From Myxococcota bacterium (GTDB taxonomy: Bacteria; Myxococcota_A; UBA9042; PHBI01; JAWLBL01), in contig JAWLBL010000010.1 of the NCBI GenBank assembly GCA_041687695.1, positions 192,865 through 256,864 on the forward strand: DNA of 64,000 nucleotides, read 5' to 3'. The notes below the pieces were generated by a model. It was given only the letters and a program-made list of their open reading frames with translations, was not told the DNA's origin and searched no databases. How positions within the stretch are numbered: position 1 is the stretch's first letter; every line of letters starts with the position of its first letter. Shown one piece after another: positions 11,545-23,404 of this stretch. A program made the position numbers and the translations under genes.

Positions 11545-13401
11545 ATGCGCCTGTCCCCCGCCGTGTTCGCCGGCCTCAGCCTGGCCCTCACCCTGACCGC
11601 CCCGACCGCGGCCTCGGCCAAGCCGGCCAAGGAGATCGAGGAGCGGGCCGTCCTCACGCTCGAGAAGGGCACCGCGTCGGCCGACTTCGCCACGCGCGCC
11701 ATGGCCGTCGCGGGCCTCGGCCACGCGCCCAAGAAGACCGCCCTGCCCTTCGTGCAGGAGGCCCTGAAGGACCAGCAGTGGCAGGTCCGGCGCGCTGCCA
11801 TCGAGGCCCTGCTGGCGCTCAAGGAGAAGCAGTGGGACCAGGCCATCGCGGCCGCGATGCGCACCGAGGCCCTGGACGCCGGCGGACAGGTGCTGCCCCT
11901 GCTCGAGCCGCTCGGCACCAAGGCCGCCATGGCCTTGATGGCCAAGACCCTGGGCGACGCCAAGTTCCCGCGCCCCGAGCGCTACGCCCGCGCGCTGGCC
12001 GTAAAGGGCGGCGAGTGGATGGTCGAGGGCTTCCGCATGGGGCTCAAGCTCAAGGGTCCGGCCCGCGACGCCTTCCTGGCCCAGCTCGACAAGCTGCCGC
12101 TGCCCGACGCGCTGCCCCTTTACAAGGACGTCCTGCTCAAGGAGGACGTCGCCGTCCAGAAGCGCGTCCTCGACTACGTGCTGGCCTCGCCCAAGGTCAA
12201 GGACCTCGAGTTCGTCAAGCCGCTGCTCAAGAGCAAGGACGCCGGCGTGGCCTTCCGCGTCGCGGTCGCCCTGGCCGAGCGCGGCGACGCCAGCGGCAAG
12301 GCCATCCTGATCAAGGCCGTCGGGGGCGAGGCCGCCGACTGGAAGCTGGCCGCGATGAAGGCCCTGAAGGGGATCGCCTCGACCGACCTCTTCGACCTCA
12401 TCAAGCCCTTCACCCAGGAAGACAACGTCGACCTCGAGCTGCTGCGGGCGGCCTACGCCATCTACGCCGCCGCGGGCCACCCGCGCCTCGCCGCCCACCT
12501 CGAGAGCCGCATCGCCGGCACGGATCTCGAGCGCCGCGCCGCGGCCGTGACGATCCTGGGCAAGGTCAAGGGACGCGAGGCGCTGCCGACCCTGCACCCG
12601 CTGCTCGGGGACGGCGCCAAGATCATGCGCATCGGCGCCGCCCGCTCCATCGGCGACCTCGGCGACGGGCAGAGCATCCCGCACCTGCGCGACGCGCTGT
12701 TCCGCGAGGCGGACACCGACGTCAAGGTCGCCTTCATCGAGGCGCTGGGCGCCATCGCCGACCCCGAGTGCGTGAGCGTGCTGCGCTTCCAGATCACGGA
12801 CCCCGAGCTGGCCGTGCGCGCGGCCGCGGTCAAGGCCATGGGCGGCATCCGGCACGTCTCGGCCGTGCAGGACCTCGAGATCGCGCTGCGCGACCAGGCC
12901 CCGGAGCTGCGCCGCGTGGCGCTCGCGGCCCTGCTGACCATCGACGCGGCCGGCAACCTCGAGCACTACCGGAGCGCGCTCGGCTGGCTCGCCCCCGAGG
13001 ACGTCGAGGCCCTCGCCGCCGCCCACGCCCGCGAGTTCCGCCCGCACCTCGAGGCCGCCCTCGCCTCCGATCGCGACGTCATCCGCGCCGCGGCCCTGGC
13101 CGCCTCGGCCCACCTCGAGGCCGGCGCCCGCGCCGAGCTGCTGTCGTCGGTCGCGCTGACCGGCAACCGGACCGATCTCCGCATCGCCGCGCTGCGCCAG
13201 GTGGTCGCCCTCCAGGGCAAGGGCTCGGCCGAGCTGCTCAAGACGCTTGCGGCCGACAAGGAGCCGCTGGTCAAGGTCGCCGCGATGGAGGCCCTGGGCC
13301 GCATGGGCGCCAAGGACGCGCAGGCGATGCTCTTCGAGGCGACCAACGACACCGACGAGCGGGTCCGCGTGGCCGCCGCCGCCGCCCTGCTGCGTCTGTA
13401 G
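11545..13401 (+). CDS. Exported HEAT-repeat protein
   Basis: Signal peptide (..AASA); repeated LxD...VRxAA..ALG motifs; GGAGG RBS. Confidence 0.85.
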   Translation: MRLSPAVFAGLSLALTLTAPTAASAKPAKEIEERAVLTLEKGTASADFATRAMAVAGLGHAPKKTALPFVQEALKDQQWQVRRAAIEALLALKEKQWDQAIAAAMRTEALDAGGQVLPLLEPLGTKAAMALMAKTLGDAKFPRPERYARALAVKGGEWMVEGFRMGLKLKGPARDAFLAQLDKLPLPDALPLYKDVLLKEDVAVQKRVLDYVLASPKVKDLEFVKPLLKSKDAGVAFRVAVALAERGDASGKAILIKAVGGEAADWKLAAMKALKGIASTDLFDLIKPFTQEDNVDLELLRAAYAIYAAAGHPRLAAHLESRIAGTDLERRAAAVTILGKVKGREALPTLHPLLGDGAKIMRIGAARSIGDLGDGQSIPHLRDALFREADTDVKVAFIEALGAIADPECVSVLRFQITDPELAVRAAAVKAMGGIRHVSAVQDLEIALRDQAPELRRVALAALLTIDAAGNLEHYRSALGWLAPEDVEALAAAHAREFRPHLEAALASDRDVIRAAALAASAHLEAGARAELLSSVALTGNRTDLRIAALRQVVALQGKGSAELLKTLAADKEPLVKVAAMEALGRMGAKDAQAMLFEATNDTDERVRVAAAAALLRL

Positions 13402-13551
13402 TGACCCGCGGGCCGCTCCGCGCCGCAGCGAGGCGGCCCCGCGTTGCACGCACCTGTTATTGTGGCGGCCCGCCCCTTCGTCCTATGATGCCTCCGTCCG
13501 CTCGCCTCTCGCTGTCGCACGGTGCGCGAGCCTTTCTTCGGGGAGACGACC

Positions 13552-15282
13552 ATGTCGATTCGTAACGTCGCCTTCGCCGGCGCCGCCGCCCTGCTCGCCG
13601 CGGGTCCGCTCGCCGCGTGCAACGAGGTGCCGGTGGCCAGCCTCGAGAAGAGCTTCACCATGAAGGTGAACATCACCGAGGGGGACCCCAAGCCGGTCAA
13701 GATCGACTTCCTGTGGGTCGTCGACAACTCGACCTCGATGTGCGAGGAGCAGGTCGCCCTCACCAAGAGCTTCCAGACCTTCACGACCGAGCTGAACCGA
13801 GCGTTCGACGTCGACGCCCACGTGGCGGTCACGACCGCGGACGCGCAGTGCGACCCTAACGTGACCAAGAGCTCGGCGCGCGGCGTCTTCAACCGCACGC
13901 CGGCCGACGGCTTCCCGCCGAGCTGCTTCGCGAAGGACCCGCATCCCTGCCTTCAGGACGTCGACTGCAACACGGGGGAAGAGACCACGTGGACCTGTGA
14001 CGGCGGGGCGCAGGGCATGGCGGTCTGCGTCGAGAACCCGAACGGCTCTCTCAACTCCGCCTGCACCTATCGCTGCGGCGCCGACGTCCCGGCCAAGCCC
14101 TCCGAGGGGGCCCCCGCCGACGAGATCGCGGCCTACGAGGCGGCGCTCGCCGCGGCCGACCAGGAGTGCCGCGACCAGTTCTCGAAGGGAGAGCTGAACG
14201 ACTGGTACTGCCATCGCCCGTCCGGCACGAAGAAGGACTGGGGCTGCATGCTGCCACCGCAGACCAAGCAGTGCCCGACCGACCTCCCGTCCATCCTGCG
14301 CACCGAGGAGGAGCTGAAGCACTTCTCGTGCGTCGCGACCGTCGGCGTCATCCAGGACAAGTGCTTCAAGTACGAGCAGGGCCTGAACACCGCGCTGTGG
14401 GCGATCGACCCCAACGGGCCCAACCCCGATCAGGCGCGCGAGTTCCTTCGGGACGATGCCTATCTGGTCATCATCTTCGTGACCGACGAGGACGACTGCT
14501 CCGTGCCGGAGAACCGCTCGGTGCATGAGGACTTCTACGACACCTGCGGCGTGGCGTCGGCCAAGGCCTACCTCGAGGCCAACGGGCAGGCCGTCACCCT
14601 CGACAACCCCGATCTGCTCAAGGAAGGCGCGACGGTGGACGCGGGCGGCAAGCTGCATCCCGTGAGCTACTTCATCAACAAGTACAAGGGCCTCAAGAAG
14701 GACCCCTCCAAGGTGATCGTGGCGGCCATCGCGGGCGACTCGACCATCGAGGAGCGTGACGCCAACAAGAAGATCATCCCCGAGAAGCTGGCCCAGAAGA
14801 TGGCCGAGCGCGCCGCCTACGTGGCGTCGAAGGGCGACAAGCGCACCTGCCACAAGCAGAGCTCCATCTGTAACTCGGACGTCGGCAAGAGCGACTGGGG
14901 CTCGCGCTACCTCGCCCTGACCGAGGGCTTCGGACCCAACGGCGTCTTCACCAACATCTGCAACGACGCAGGCATCGGCCAGGCCCTCGAGGACATCGCC
15001 AACCAGGTCGTCAGCGTCGTCAACAAGATCTGCCTGCCGCACCCGGTCAAGGACTCGAGCAAGCTGCTCGTGACCCGAACCACCGACCGCATCGATGACA
15101 CGATGAAGACCATCGTGATGGTCGAGGGTGGCGAGGAGTACTACGGATACGACATCGTCGACGGTGGCGAGGAGTGCAAGGTCAACGGCTTCGCCCGCCC
15201 TGCCCTGCAGTTCAAGAAGGCCCCGACGAACAACGAGCAGATCGCCATCGAGTACGAGGCCGCGCCCTTCCAGCGCCTCTGA
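13552..15282 (+). CDS. Cys-rich VWA-domain lipoprotein (CglD-like myxobacterial family)
   Basis: Lipobox LAAC; IDFLWVVDNSTSMCEEQ (MIDAS DxSxS), EQGLNTA, FLRDDAYLVIIFVTDEDDCS. Confidence 0.75.
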   Translation: MSIRNVAFAGAAALLAAGPLAACNEVPVASLEKSFTMKVNITEGDPKPVKIDFLWVVDNSTSMCEEQVALTKSFQTFTTELNRAFDVDAHVAVTTADAQCDPNVTKSSARGVFNRTPADGFPPSCFAKDPHPCLQDVDCNTGEETTWTCDGGAQGMAVCVENPNGSLNSACTYRCGADVPAKPSEGAPADEIAAYEAALAAADQECRDQFSKGELNDWYCHRPSGTKKDWGCMLPPQTKQCPTDLPSILRTEEELKHFSCVATVGVIQDKCFKYEQGLNTALWAIDPNGPNPDQAREFLRDDAYLVIIFVTDEDDCSVPENRSVHEDFYDTCGVASAKAYLEANGQAVTLDNPDLLKEGATVDAGGKLHPVSYFINKYKGLKKDPSKVIVAAIAGDSTIEERDANKKIIPEKLAQKMAERAAYVASKGDKRTCHKQSSICNSDVGKSDWGSRYLALTEGFGPNGVFTNICNDAGIGQALEDIANQVVSVVNKICLPHPVKDSSKLLVTRTTDRIDDTMKTIVMVEGGEEYYGYDIVDGGEECKVNGFARPALQFKKAPTNNEQIAIEYEAAPFQRL

Positions 15283-15308
15283 CCCCGACCCCAACGAGGC
15301 CGGTCGCT

Positions 15309-17969
15309 TTGCCGGAGCTCCCCTTCGCTTTGCCTCGCGCCCCCCGCGCCGCCTTCGGGCTGGTGCTGGGGGCGCTCGTTTTGACCCTGGTTGCCTGCGC
15401 GACGACGCCCAACCGGCCCGACGTCCGCACCCTGGCCGCGCTCGAGGTCGTCAACCGCACGCCGGTCGACCTCGAGCTGGCCGTGCGGGGCCGCGTCGAG
15501 GGCGTGCTGGCGCCCGGCGAGCTGCGGGTCGTGCGCTACCTGGTCCCCGGACCGGCGCGGCTCGAGGCGCGCCCGCTGGAGGGCATCGAGCTGCCCGGCG
15601 GGCCGCGCGTGCTGGACGTCGAGCTGGTCGCCGACGGGACGCAGCGCTGGGAGCTGGTCCCGACGCTGGGCGAGCCCTTGCCCGCGCCCGCCGGCTTGGC
15701 CGTCTTGACGGTGCGCAGCCTGCTGGGTCCCGAGCAGGACATGGCGGTGTTCCTGGGCGGACGCCGGCTGGGCAGCGTGCTGGGCGGCGACACGCGCCGC
15801 TTCGTCGACCTGCCTGCCGGGCCCTGGGCGCTGACGGCCCGCAGCACCGACGGCGGGCTCGTCCTGCGTCGGGATCTGGCCGCCGGAGCGGACACCGAGC
15901 AGACGTGGGAGCTCGTCGCCCCCGCGGCCGCGCTGACCGTCGTGAACCAGCTCGAGGAGGCCATCGCCGTTCGCCTGGGCGCCCGAGCGTTGGCCCGCGT
16001 CGAGCCGGGCGCTCGCGTCGACCTGACTGGACTGGCGACCGGGCCGCAGGAGCTGGTCGCCGAGACGCTGGTCACGCGCCGGGTGTATCGCCAGACCCGC
16101 GAGCTGCGCGCCGACTTCCCCGAGACGTGGGTCGTGGGCAGCGGCCTCGCGGCCGTCGAGGTCGAGAACCTGACCCCCGACGAGCTGACCCTCGAGCTGG
16201 GCGCCGAGCGGCGCGTCACCGTGGCCCCGGGGCGGCTGGTCCGCATCGATCAGCTCCCGCCGGGCGAGCTGATGCTCGAGGCGCGCGCCCTCGCGACCGG
16301 GCAGGCCCACTTCGCCGACGTGCTGCTGCGCGGCGGCCAGGTCTATCGGTGGGTCGTGCGGCCCGAGCAGCTGACGTTGCGCGTCGAGAACCGGACGGAC
16401 CGTCCGCTCGCGGTCTACGTCGACGATCTAGTGCGCGGTCGGGTGGCGCCAGGGGCCAGCCTGACCGTGCCCGACCTGCCCGGCCGGACGGTGCGGGCCT
16501 CGGCGGTCAGCCTGGACGGCGCGGTCGTGTTCCAGGCCGCGCTGCCGCTGGGCGAGACGGGCGCGGCGACCTGGGTGGTGCGGGCGCCGACGGGGGACCT
16601 CGTCGTGACGAACGATCGCGACGAGGTGGTGACCGTGTACGTCGAGGCGCGCCGGCTGGGCGAGGTGGCGCCCCGCAGCAGCAAGGTCTTCAGCGGCGTC
16701 GAGGTCGGCGAGTGGCTGGTCGAGGCCGTCGGGCAGCGAACGCGCGTCGTTCATCGGGCGCGCGCGCGCATCGCGGCCGAGCAGGTCACGCAGGTCGCCG
16801 TTCGCGACACGCGCGCGTTCGTCACCGTCGTGAACCTGACGGGCGAAGCGCTGGTGCCGGGCGGCGTCCTGGCGCAGCAGCGTGACGAGATCGGCCCCGG
16901 CGAGCGCGTGACCTTCGCCGTCGACAGCGGCGAGCAGGTCCTGCAGCTGCTGGGGCGCGCGACCAACGCCGTCTACACGCGCCTCTTCGATCTGGCGCCG
17001 CCGGACGGGGTGGCCGCGGACGTGGCGTCGAGCGGGGTCGTCCTGTGGGAGGTCCAGGCGCCGCGCGGCGCGCTGATGGTGACCAGCGCGCTGGCCGAGA
17101 GCGCGGTCGTCTCGCTCGAGGGTGTCGCCATCGGCATCGTCTCGGCCGGCCAGAGCGAGACCTTCGCGCCGGTGGCGGCCGGACGGCGTGTCGTGCAGGC
17201 CCAGGGGCTGGTCACCGGGCGTGTCATCGAGGCGCGGCTGGACATCCCCGCCGAGGGACAGGCCCACTGGGAGCTGGCGCCGGTCCTGTCGACCCTCATC
17301 ATCGAGAACCGCACGGCCGAGGCGCTGCAGATCCACCTCGACGGGGCGCCGCACAACACGATCGTCCCGGGCACCGCGATGCGCTTTCTGGGGCTGGCGC
17401 CCGGCGCGCGACAGGTGCTGGCGGTCGGCGAGCTCAGCGGCACGCGTTACCCGTACGCCGTGCAGATGGCCCAGGAGGCGCACGAGGTGCTGACCATCCT
17501 GCCGCGTCTGGGGTCGCTGCGGGTCGACAACCAGTCGGGAGAGGACGTGGCGGTCTGGGCCGGCGGCGAGCAGCTGGCCGTCATCGCGGCCGGCGCGCCC
17601 GTGACCTCGGTGCCCCTGCCCACCGGACGCCAGGCCGTGCGCCTCGTGCGGCAGTCCAGCGACGCGGTGACGGCGCTGACGCTGGAGGTCCTGGCAGGCC
17701 AGGCCGTGCACCTGCCCGTGCTGCCCGCGCTGGGCCGCCTCGTGGTCGTCAACCGCGCCGGCTTCCAGACGACGCTGTGGGTCGGCGCGCGACGGGTCGG
17801 CGTCCTCGAGCCGGGCTCCAGCCTCATCCTGGACGACCTGTCGTCGGGTCCGACGCAGCTGCGCGCGGTCGGTCCGGCCGGCGTCGACACGCACTTCGAG
17901 CAGCGGACGCTGATGGCCGGCGAGACCTCGACGTGGGTCCTCGAGGCGCTCCCGTTGCCGCAGCGGTGA
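15309..17969 (+). CDS. Lipoprotein with ~11 tandem ~75-aa beta-sandwich (PEGA-like) repeats
   Basis: Lipobox LVAC; repeats beginning L.V.N.T...L.V...G, then G.V.PG and L..G...L.A. The TTG start is uncertain (15309 or 15330). Confidence 0.7.
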   Translation: MPELPFALPRAPRAAFGLVLGALVLTLVACATTPNRPDVRTLAALEVVNRTPVDLELAVRGRVEGVLAPGELRVVRYLVPGPARLEARPLEGIELPGGPRVLDVELVADGTQRWELVPTLGEPLPAPAGLAVLTVRSLLGPEQDMAVFLGGRRLGSVLGGDTRRFVDLPAGPWALTARSTDGGLVLRRDLAAGADTEQTWELVAPAAALTVVNQLEEAIAVRLGARALARVEPGARVDLTGLATGPQELVAETLVTRRVYRQTRELRADFPETWVVGSGLAAVEVENLTPDELTLELGAERRVTVAPGRLVRIDQLPPGELMLEARALATGQAHFADVLLRGGQVYRWVVRPEQLTLRVENRTDRPLAVYVDDLVRGRVAPGASLTVPDLPGRTVRASAVSLDGAVVFQAALPLGETGAATWVVRAPTGDLVVTNDRDEVVTVYVEARRLGEVAPRSSKVFSGVEVGEWLVEAVGQRTRVVHRARARIAAEQVTQVAVRDTRAFVTVVNLTGEALVPGGVLAQQRDEIGPGERVTFAVDSGEQVLQLLGRATNAVYTRLFDLAPPDGVAADVASSGVVLWEVQAPRGALMVTSALAESAVVSLEGVAIGIVSAGQSETFAPVAAGRRVVQAQGLVTGRVIEARLDIPAEGQAHWELAPVLSTLIIENRTAEALQIHLDGAPHNTIVPGTAMRFLGLAPGARQVLAVGELSGTRYPYAVQMAQEAHEVLTILPRLGSLRVDNQSGEDVAVWAGGEQLAVIAAGAPVTSVPLPTGRQAVRLVRQSSDAVTALTLEVLAGQAVHLPVLPALGRLVVVNRAGFQTTLWVGARRVGVLEPGSSLILDDLSSGPTQLRAVGPAGVDTHFEQRTLMAGETSTWVLEALPLPQR

Positions 17970-18050
17970 AGAAAGTCTAGCGATTCCGAGGGCATGGGGC
18001 GCCGTTTGCGGTGGCCCAACAAGGTCTGCCGCAAAATGTTCCCGGTCGGC

Positions 18051-18078
18051 TTGACTGCCCTCGACGCGGACTTAAGTT
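18051..18078 (+). promoter_or_regulatory. Putative sigma70-type promoter of dnaK
   Basis: TTGACT-N16-TAAGTT about 150 nt upstream of the dnaK ATG. Confidence 0.45.
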
Positions 18079-18228
18079 CCCGCCCGCGAGCGACCCGACG
18101 CTGCTCACGAGCGTTGGTCGGGGGGCTCGGCGTCTGCGGCTCCCAATGTCTGCGGGGTCGCGCAACCAGGCTTCACTACCGGGCGCTTCGGCGTCCATTT
18201 GGCACCACCTGCATGTTGGGGGACTACG

Positions 18229-20130
<1,902 letters not shown>

Positions 20131-20142
20131 GCGATTCGAGGG

Positions 20143-20173
20143 ACTTCGGGCCGCCACGCGCGGCCCGGAGTTT
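20143..20173 (+). terminator. Putative terminator hairpin after dnaK
   Basis: ACTTCGGGCCGC / GCGGCCCGGAGT stem followed by a short T run. Confidence 0.5.
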
Positions 20174-20200
20174 GGCCGTGCCCTCGCGATTCGCTAAGGT
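20172..20200 (+). promoter_or_regulatory. Putative promoter, likely leaderless transcript
   Basis: TTGGCC-N17-TAAGGT, 8 nt before ATG 20209. Confidence 0.45.
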
Positions 20201-20208
20201 GGCGCCCG

Positions 20209-20553
20209 ATGAACACCACGTCGGGTCGCCACCTTTTCTCGTTCGAAGGCCTGCTGCGCGCGCGTCGCGGGGCGCTGGCCGGACTCCTCGCCCTGCTCGC
20301 CCTGGCCGCCTGCGGCTCGGGGCCGGGATCGGGGCTGCCCTGCGAGAGCACCGAGGAGTGCGAGCCGGGCGAGACGTGCGTCCTGCGCTCGTGCGGCGCC
20401 CCCGAGGCGACGTGCGAGGTCGAGTGCGTCGACGACGCCGACTGCGCGGGCGGGCTGGACTCGAGTCCGTCGGGCGCCGTGTGCGTGGTGGCCGACACGG
20501 CGGCCTGCCCACGCGAGGGGCAGCCGACCGTGCTGAACTACTGCGGGCAGTAG
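20209..20553 (+). CDS. Small Cys-rich lipoprotein
   Basis: Lipobox LAAC; C....EC.PGETC, C...ADC motifs. Confidence 0.7.
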   Translation: MNTTSGRHLFSFEGLLRARRGALAGLLALLALAACGSGPGSGLPCESTEECEPGETCVLRSCGAPEATCEVECVDDADCAGGLDSSPSGAVCVVADTAACPREGQPTVLNYCGQ

Positions 20554-20559
20554 CGCCGG

Positions 20560-22101
20560 TCAGCCCGCCGCGTCGGCCGCGGCCAGCAGCGTCCCGTCGG
20601 CGACGAGGGCGCGGGCGGCGGTGAAGTCCTTGTACATCGGGCGATCGTCGACCAGCGGCGGGACGCGCTCGCGCAGCGCGGTGATCGCGCGCGCGACGCC
20701 GACGCCCGGCGCCATCCCGCGCAGGTGGATGCCCTGCGAGGCGGCGAAGGCCTCGATGGCCAGGACGTGCTCGAGGTGGTCGACCACGGTCGCGAACGAG
20801 CGGGCCGAGGTCATGCCCATCGAGACGTGATCCTCGCGGTCGGCCGAGGTGGGGATCGTGTCGACGCTGTTGGGCATCGACAGGGCCTTGGCCTCGCTGA
20901 CCAGGCTGGCGGCGGTCACCTGGGCCATCATGAAGCCCGAGTTCAGGCCCGACTTGGGCGTCAGGAAGGCCGGCAGGCGGCGGTTGAGGTGCGGGTCGAC
21001 CAGCTGCGCGAGGCGGCGCTCGGCGATGGAGGCCAGATCGGTGACGGCCAGGGTCGCGGCGTCGAGGGCCGCGGCGACGGGCTGGCCGTGGAAGTTGCCG
21101 CCGGACTGAAGGCGTCCGTCCGGCAGGACCAGCGGGTTGTCGGTGGCCGAGTCGAGCTCGATGCTGAGCACGCGGCGCACGTAGCCGAGCATGTCGCGCG
21201 TCGCCCCGTGGACCTGGGGCATGCAGCGCAGCGAGTAGGCGTCCTGGACCTCGTGGCAGTCGACGTGGCTGCGGTTGATCTCGCTGTCGGCCAGCAGCGC
21301 GCGCAGGTGGGCGGCCGAGGCGAGGGCCCCGGGGTGGGGGCGCGCCTCGACGACGGCGGCGTCGAACGGACGGACCGAGCCCATCAGCGCCTCGAGGGTC
21401 ATGGCGCCGGTGACGTCGGCCGTGGCGGCGAGGCGCTCGGCGCGGATGAGGGCCAGCGTGCCGACGGCCAGCATGCCCTGGGTGCCGTTGATGAGGGCGA
21501 GGCCCTCCTTGGCGGCCAGGGTCAGCGGCTCGAGGCCGACGCGGGCGAGCGCGTCGCCGCCGGACAGGATCTCGCCGTCCAGCTCGGCCTCGCCCTCTCC
21601 GATGAGGACGAGCGCGAGGTGCGCGAGCGGCGCGAGGTCGCCCGAGGCGCCGACCGAGCCCTTGCACGGGATGAGCGGGTGGACGCGGCGGTTGAGCAGG
21701 GTGACGAGGCGCTCGACGACCTGCTCGCGCACCCCCGAGTAGCCGAGGGCCAGGACGTGGGCGCGGAGCAGCATCATGGCGCGCGTCGCGGCGCGGTCGA
21801 GGGGCTGGCCGACCCCCACGGCGTGCGACAGGATGAGGTTGCGCTGCAGCTGGGAGAGCTCGGCGGCGGGGATGCGGACCTCGGCGAGGGCGCCGAAGCC
21901 CGTGTTGATGCCGTAGGTCGCGCCGGCGCCGGCGACCAGGAACGAGTCGACCACGGCGCGGGCCTTGGCGATGGCGGCGCGGCCGCGCTCGCCCAGGGCG
22001 ACCGGGGCGTCGCCGACGGCGACCGACCAGACGGCCTCGGGTGACAGGGAGTCGCCGACGACGACGGGGGCTGGGGAGGCGGAGGAGACGGGGGCGCTCA
22101 T
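20560..22101 (-). CDS. hutH: Histidine ammonia-lyase
   Basis: [36 protein letters not shown] (MIO), [41 protein letters not shown]. Confidence 0.97.
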   Translation of the reverse strand: MSAPVSSASPAPVVVGDSLSPEAVWSVAVGDAPVALGERGRAAIAKARAVVDSFLVAGAGATYGINTGFGALAEVRIPAAELSQLQRNLILSHAVGVGQPLDRAATRAMMLLRAHVLALGYSGVREQVVERLVTLLNRRVHPLIPCKGSVGASGDLAPLAHLALVLIGEGEAELDGEILSGGDALARVGLEPLTLAAKEGLALINGTQGMLAVGTLALIRAERLAATADVTGAMTLEALMGSVRPFDAAVVEARPHPGALASAAHLRALLADSEINRSHVDCHEVQDAYSLRCMPQVHGATRDMLGYVRRVLSIELDSATDNPLVLPDGRLQSGGNFHGQPVAAALDAATLAVTDLASIAERRLAQLVDPHLNRRLPAFLTPKSGLNSGFMMAQVTAASLVSEAKALSMPNSVDTIPTSADREDHVSMGMTSARSFATVVDHLEHVLAIEAFAASQGIHLRGMAPGVGVARAITALRERVPPLVDDRPMYKDFTAARALVADGTLLAAADAAG

Positions 22102-22239
22102 GCGGCGGGAGGATAGCCGGAACCGAAGTCGGAGCAAGCGTCCGCTGGCCGTGGCGCCCGCGCGGGGCGGGGGAAATGGCCTCGACGGGCGGCGGGCGTT
22201 CGCGTTATGACCCCGGCGTCTCGGAACCCGGAGGACTCC

Positions 22240-23280
22240 TTGAAGCGTATCGCGGTGATCGGTGGCGACGGCATCGGACCCGAGGTGGTCCGCGAAGGCA
22301 TCCGGGTCCTCGAGGCCGCGGCCGGGCCGGACGCGTTCCGCTTCGAGCACCTGCCGTACTCGGCGGACTACACGCTCGAGACGGGCGTCACCATCCCCGA
22401 CGGCGAGTTCGACCGGTGGCGGCGCGAGTACGACGCCATCTTCCTGGGCGCGCTGGGCGACCCGCGCATCCCCGACATGCGGCACGGGCGCGACATCCTG
22501 CTCGGCGCGCGCATGCAGCTGGATCTGTACATCAACCTGCGCCCCGTCAAGCTGCTGCACGACGACCTGTCGACCCTCAAGGGCCGCCGCGTCGGCGACA
22601 TCGACTACGTCATCTTCCGCGAGAACACCGAGGGCCTGTACCTGGGCGTCGGCGGGTGCCTCCGCCCCGGGACCCCGGACGAGGTGGCGGTCAGCGAGAT
22701 GATCGCCACGTACAAGGGCGTCGAGCGCATCACCCGCAAGGCCTTCGAGTTCTGCCGCGAGCACGGCAAGCGGCGCATCTGCCACGCGGTCAAGCACAAC
22801 GCCATCCCCCACGCCCACGGGCTGTGGAACCGGGTGTTCAAGCAGGTCGCGACCGAGTTCCCGGACGTCGAGGCCACGCAGCTGTACGCCGACGTCGCGG
22901 CCATGGAGCTGGTCCGCGACCCGACGCGCTTCGACGTCGTGCTCGCCTCGAACTTCCTGGGCGACATCTTGAGCGACCTCGGCGCCGGGACGGTCGGCGG
23001 GTTGGGCATGGCGCCCAGCGCCAACATCCACCCGGGCCAGGTCTCGCTCTTCGAGCCGGTGCACGGCTCCGCCCCCGACATCGCCGGGCAGGGCCGCGCC
23101 AACCCCTTCGCCGCCATCCTCACGGCCGCCATGATGGCCCGCTTCCTGGGCCTCGCCGACGAGGCGACGCGCATCGAGCGCGCCGTCGAGGGCGCCATCG
23201 CCGCTGGCGAGACGACGCCGGACGTCGGCGGCCGCCTGGGCACGGTCGCCGCCGCGGACGCGGTCCTGCGTCGGCTCTGA
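22240..23280 (+). CDS. leuB: 3-isopropylmalate dehydrogenase family (isocitrate/isopropylmalate dehydrogenase fold)
   Basis: [51 protein letters not shown] start after GGAGGA. Substrate specificity not certain. Confidence 0.8.
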   Translation: MKRIAVIGGDGIGPEVVREGIRVLEAAAGPDAFRFEHLPYSADYTLETGVTIPDGEFDRWRREYDAIFLGALGDPRIPDMRHGRDILLGARMQLDLYINLRPVKLLHDDLSTLKGRRVGDIDYVIFRENTEGLYLGVGGCLRPGTPDEVAVSEMIATYKGVERITRKAFEFCREHGKRRICHAVKHNAIPHAHGLWNRVFKQVATEFPDVEATQLYADVAAMELVRDPTRFDVVLASNFLGDILSDLGAGTVGGLGMAPSANIHPGQVSLFEPVHGSAPDIAGQGRANPFAAILTAAMMARFLGLADEATRIERAVEGAIAAGETTPDVGGRLGTVAAADAVLRRL

Positions 23281-23404
23281 TCCCGCGCGGCGTGGCCGTC
23301 CCCTCCCCCGCGCCGCGCACAGCTTGCCCCAGCTTGGGCCTCACCGCCTCGCGTGGTATGACACGCGGGCCATCGACCCTCCCCCCTCCCGCCGAGGAAC
23401 GGAC

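Noticed and set aside
18199..18214. Sigma54-like TTGGCAC...TGCA before dnaK
   Set aside because: GG to GC spacing is 8 nt, not the required 10.
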